A stretch of 64,000 nt of DNA, taken from positions 1,654-65,653 of the forward strand of contig JAJFLP010000076.1 of NCBI GenBank assembly GCA_021772635.1, given 5' to 3'. This stretch comes from Verrucomicrobiota bacterium. Lineage in GTDB: Bacteria > Verrucomicrobiota > Lentisphaeria > JABSQK01 > JAJFLO01. Positions 60,781-64,000 of this stretch are shown here, in pieces; within the stretch, counting starts at the first letter, position 1; every line of letters starts with the position of its first letter. The translations under genes were made by a program, and so were the position numbers. Under the pieces are notes generated by a model. That model did not search any database and was not told the origin of the DNA. It saw nothing but the letters and a program-made list of their open reading frames with translations.

Positions 60781-62282
60781 TCGATGGTGCTTGGTGATAT
60801 CGTATAATGATCTTTCAGCGTGAGTAAACCGAAAATTGTTAGGCCAAGAGCGTAGGCAACGATGAAGAATCCGAAGATAAACTTCGACGCGTTAAGATAT
60901 ACAACAAGAGTAACGACGCAGTACAGGCCGGATACAAGCTCCAGGTACCCCTGAAGGCAACTCGAAGCAACCCGATACCTGCCGGATTTTGACGTGCTAC
61001 TCGTACTCCCGCTTTTTGGCGTTCGGATAAAATCTGATTTCTGCCGAAGTAGTGCTTCGAAAACAGCCCGCGCGTTGTTAATACACAATCCAGTTCCGAC
61101 CAAGAGCATTAGGGGAAAATGCGATAGAGAGAACAATCCACGCCGAAGTATCCAGCCACTCGCAGTGTACATGACACACGGCGCTGCTGCCGAGAACATT
61201 ATGATTATCCACAAAATCGGCAGGAGACCACCCAATTTCGGCATTGGGGTCCAGAGGAGCATTGGCAAAGTTAAACAGAAAAGTGCGCACATTAGAACCG
61301 CGACGAAGTAATGGGTCAGGTGAAGGAACGCCTCGATCTTTTGTAATACCGAATATCGGCGGTTCGCGAAAATTAGAGGTAGCAGTTTCAATGCCGTTTC
61401 GATAGACCCTTTCGCCCAACGCTTCTGCTGGCTTTTCAACGCCACAACGTTATTCGGTATCTCTGCCGGGCATTCCGAATCGAAGTCGTATCGTATTCTG
61501 TAACCGCAAAGCTGGGCGCGGTACGAGAGGTCAAGGTCTTCGGTTAGCGTGTCCCCCGACCAGCCACCGGCGGTGTCTATGGCGCCTTTTCGCCAAATTC
61601 CGGCCGTTCCGTTAAAATTCAAACACAAATTACTGTATCCCCGGGCACCTTGTTCGGCTGTAAAGTGACCGTCGATACCAATGCTTTGCGCCCGGGTGAT
61701 CCAGTTTTCCTTTCGATTATTATGCCCCCACCTTGCTTGGACACACGCGACGTCGTCGTGATCATGAATAAGCGCAACTGAGCGTCTAAGGAAATTCCTC
61801 GGAACTACAAAATCTGAGTCAAAAATAGCGAGATACTCGCCTTTACTCTTCAGCAATCCATTAGCGAGTGCGCCAGCTTTGAAATCTTTGCGATCTTCGC
61901 GGCGAAAGGCGTAAATATCAGTTCCACCGCTTCGAAGTTCTGAAATCACTCGGTCAATCAGCGCTAAGGTATCATCCGTACTGTCATCCAATACCTGTAT
62001 GTCAAACCGGCTTGCGGGGTAGTCGAGCGCCGCGGCACTGCGAAGCAATCGTTCCGCAACTTCCGCTTCATTGTAAATGGGAAGCTGCACGGTGACGAAA
62101 GGGTAGTCATCGGGATCACGGTTATCGTTAAAATCTGTAATCTCCGTTTCGATTTCGTCACGCCGCGATCTCTGATTAAGTACGAATAACGCGATCATAA
62201 CGTAACAATGAAGACCGTACACCATAAGACCTAACGAACATGCGACATACGAATAAACGATAAGAATCTGGAAGGAATTCAA
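60777..62282 (-). CDS. GT2 cellulose-synthase-like membrane glycosyltransferase
   Basis: VQLPIYNE, DDSTD, KAGAL, FDSDF, TEDLDLSYR, QQKRW; TM helices. Confidence 0.9.
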   Translation of the reverse strand: MNSFQILIVYSYVACSLGLMVYGLHCYVMIALFVLNQRSRRDEIETEITDFNDNRDPDDYPFVTVQLPIYNEAEVAERLLRSAAALDYPASRFDIQVLDDSTDDTLALIDRVISELRSGGTDIYAFRREDRKDFKAGALANGLLKSKGEYLAIFDSDFVVPRNFLRRSVALIHDHDDVACVQARWGHNNRKENWITRAQSIGIDGHFTAEQGARGYSNLCLNFNGTAGIWRKGAIDTAGGWSGDTLTEDLDLSYRAQLCGYRIRYDFDSECPAEIPNNVVALKSQQKRWAKGSIETALKLLPLIFANRRYSVLQKIEAFLHLTHYFVAVLMCALFCLTLPMLLWTPMPKLGGLLPILWIIIMFSAAAPCVMYTASGWILRRGLFSLSHFPLMLLVGTGLCINNARAVFEALLRQKSDFIRTPKSGSTSSTSKSGRYRVASSCLQGYLELVSGLYCVVTLVVYLNASKFIFGFFIVAYALGLTIFGLLTLKDHYTISPSTID

Positions 62283-62350
62283 TGTATCGATCTCCGTGGC
62301 TTAAGGTAGCGGCGGGTGAGAATGGGTGCGAGAAGGGTCAGAGCGTCTAA

Positions 62351-63265
62351 TCAAGAAACTTCGCTGCACGACGCACCATAGGCAAAGCAGGAATAACACC
62401 GGTGATGTTTCAACATTACTCGAACTTCCATGCTTTCTTTCAGTGTGTCGGCTAAATCGTAGTCGTGATCATCATCGACCAGCGTACACGCATACACGCC
62501 GGCGCGATCATTTTTCTTAACGATCATCTTGCTGAAGTTGCACATCATCTCGTCCCGCTGCTCCGCATTCAGGTAGCTCGTCATACAATTCTCGGTGATC
62601 TGCGGAATCTCAGGAAGCGAGTCGGGTGGGAAAAAGTCAGGGAACGCAACAATCCGCAGGTCTGCGGGCAGTCCTGCCGATTCGAAAAATGGGACATACT
62701 CACGATTCACTGCCTCTACATCTTCTCCATTCGCAATCAGGCGCGCGATGGATACGTGGAACCCGAAGGAATGCAAGCGCCCGAGCGTATTCAGAGACCG
62801 ACGAAAATTACCCTTCCCTCGCCCTTCATCGTGTTTCTCCGGGTTCGGAAAATCAAGGCTCACACGAAAACTTAAATCGTTCGGCTTATTGATCAGCGGC
62901 AATACTTCATTGATCCTATTCATCAAGGGCTCTGTCGCATTGCTTAAGACCATACACGAGCGATGGGTCAAGGCTAGATCAAGGATCCTAACCATATCGG
63001 GGTTAACGAATGGTTCACCACCGGTAAACGAGAAATTCTTTACGCCAAGTTCGAGAGCTTCAGTTATAAAAGGTCTGACATCTTCGAGCGTTAAAAAACT
63101 TATTCGGTTGTCTCCCGGCTTCGAACCCTCCAGACAAAACGGACATCTAAGATTACAATTCGTACCCGTGTGGAACCAAAGTTCATCGAGGCGTTGCGGC
63201 TGAATGTAACCACGGGAATCGCCATCGGACGTTTTTACCCAGTCTTCTCTATCAAGATGGAGCAT
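62351..63265 (-). CDS. Radical SAM protein, ArsS-related
   Basis: CNLRCPFC, FTGGEPF, C-terminal HHRCYSCFAYGASC; ATG overlaps the upstream gene end. Confidence 0.8.
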   Translation of the reverse strand: MLHLDREDWVKTSDGDSRGYIQPQRLDELWFHTGTNCNLRCPFCLEGSKPGDNRISFLTLEDVRPFITEALELGVKNFSFTGGEPFVNPDMVRILDLALTHRSCMVLSNATEPLMNRINEVLPLINKPNDLSFRVSLDFPNPEKHDEGRGKGNFRRSLNTLGRLHSFGFHVSIARLIANGEDVEAVNREYVPFFESAGLPADLRIVAFPDFFPPDSLPEIPQITENCMTSYLNAEQRDEMMCNFSKMIVKKNDRAGVYACTLVDDDHDYDLADTLKESMEVRVMLKHHRCYSCFAYGASCSEVS

Positions 63266-63920
63266 GGAAGAAAACCTCTCGGTGAATATGTGAAAAATCG
63301 ATACCGCCGGTACCCTCCAGCCACGCACTGACATCGTCTATCATCGCATCCAGGCCGCAGAGATAAAAATGCGTTCCGGCTAGAAGATCCAGCGACGGCA
63401 GTAAGTCTGTTACCCGACCCTTATGGTAGATGTGGCCGTCCTCGCGCGAAATCACCAATCGAACGTCACACGAGGATTTTAGAAAATCCAGATCAAGAGC
63501 ATCCTCGAAATACCGCACGCCATATAAGCAGACTACCGGCCCCTTATCGGGATATGCTCGCAAATATGACAGAAACGGTGCGATCCCCGTTCCGGTCGCA
63601 ATAAATACTAACGGTTCGTCACTGGTATTTTTCCCGGGATGAAACCACCCAAACGGTTCGCTTAATCGAATTTTGTCACCCGGCCGCAGCTCTGAAAGGT
63701 AGTTGCTGACGATTCCGTCCGGAAGTTGCTGGATCAAAAATCGGAGGGTTGGCTCGTCAGTGCCCGAAGCGACGCTGTACGGCCGCGATTCGTTGCCGTC
63801 GCCGGCAAAGATTGCAAAGGAGTCTCCAGGAGTAAACTCCACTCCGTTACGTTCAACTGTAAGCTCGAATACTTTCGAAGTTCTCCACTCAAGACTAACG
63901 ACAGAGCACAACTCATCCAT
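63252..63920 (-). CDS. Ferredoxin-NADP reductase-type FAD-binding oxidoreductase
   Basis: RPYS, GIVS, IATGTGIAPF, YLCG, EVFF. Confidence 0.9.
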   Translation of the reverse strand: MDELCSVVSLEWRTSKVFELTVERNGVEFTPGDSFAIFAGDGNESRPYSVASGTDEPTLRFLIQQLPDGIVSNYLSELRPGDKIRLSEPFGWFHPGKNTSDEPLVFIATGTGIAPFLSYLRAYPDKGPVVCLYGVRYFEDALDLDFLKSSCDVRLVISREDGHIYHKGRVTDLLPSLDLLAGTHFYLCGLDAMIDDVSAWLEGTGGIDFSHIHREVFFHAPS

Positions 63921-64000
63921 TACTATACTGATTCCCCTGGAATTTTTTAACGGCCGTCATGTCTCGACGGGTTTTCTGTACAGCATGAACAAAGGCGGAA

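Noticed and set aside
62340-62353. Selenocysteine readthrough of the radical SAM TGA stop
   Set aside because: The position equivalent to the ArsS Sec is already Cys (GASC). The TGA is four codons later, and no SECIS-like hairpin is evident.
252-63950. Numerous 60-200-aa ORFs antisense to or overlapping the called genes
   Set aside because: They are shadow frames of well-supported genes or translations of repeats, with no motifs.

Overview
Bacterial chromosomal window, probably PVC superphylum and Lentisphaerae-like. This is inferred from the K|FTxIE prepilin, LpxI, the DUF374 protein, the PVC-type Rne/Rng and the large Ser/Thr kinase. Positions 1-11.8 kb hold the end of a surface-glycan locus: three GT4 enzymes, two GT-C-like membrane proteins, an AsnB-like amidotransferase, a DegT aminotransferase and a damaged four-helix-bundle gene. 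The rest is mostly housekeeping and envelope genes (icd, apgM, glmS, cysK, rpe, lipA, lpxI, fmt, rne/rng, purC, BamD-, LptE- and AsmA-like, a porin). The most notable protein systems are: (i) a cysK / sulfite-reductase / DsrL-GltD-like flavo-Fe-S operon whose reductase keeps Cys motifs in both halves; (ii) a GlnE with GlnD-type ACT domains between its two transferase halves; (iii) an FNR / ArsS-like radical SAM / GT2 cluster; (iv) a kinase with an exact 94-aa repeat; (v) a hybrid kinase whose last receiver domain has two in-frame stops. Most longer intergenic regions are built from nested non-autonomous elements: CTAG-bounded MITEs chained through shared CTAGs, a repeat whose ACTGC|AAGCAGT palindrome is split by insertions, a TIR-less element found at different sites of one host repeat, REP doublets in a conserved frame, and inverted heptamer flanks. 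I recognised no transposase, tRNA, rRNA, CRISPR array or reverse transcriptase. All calls come from reading motifs by eye; no database search was run.
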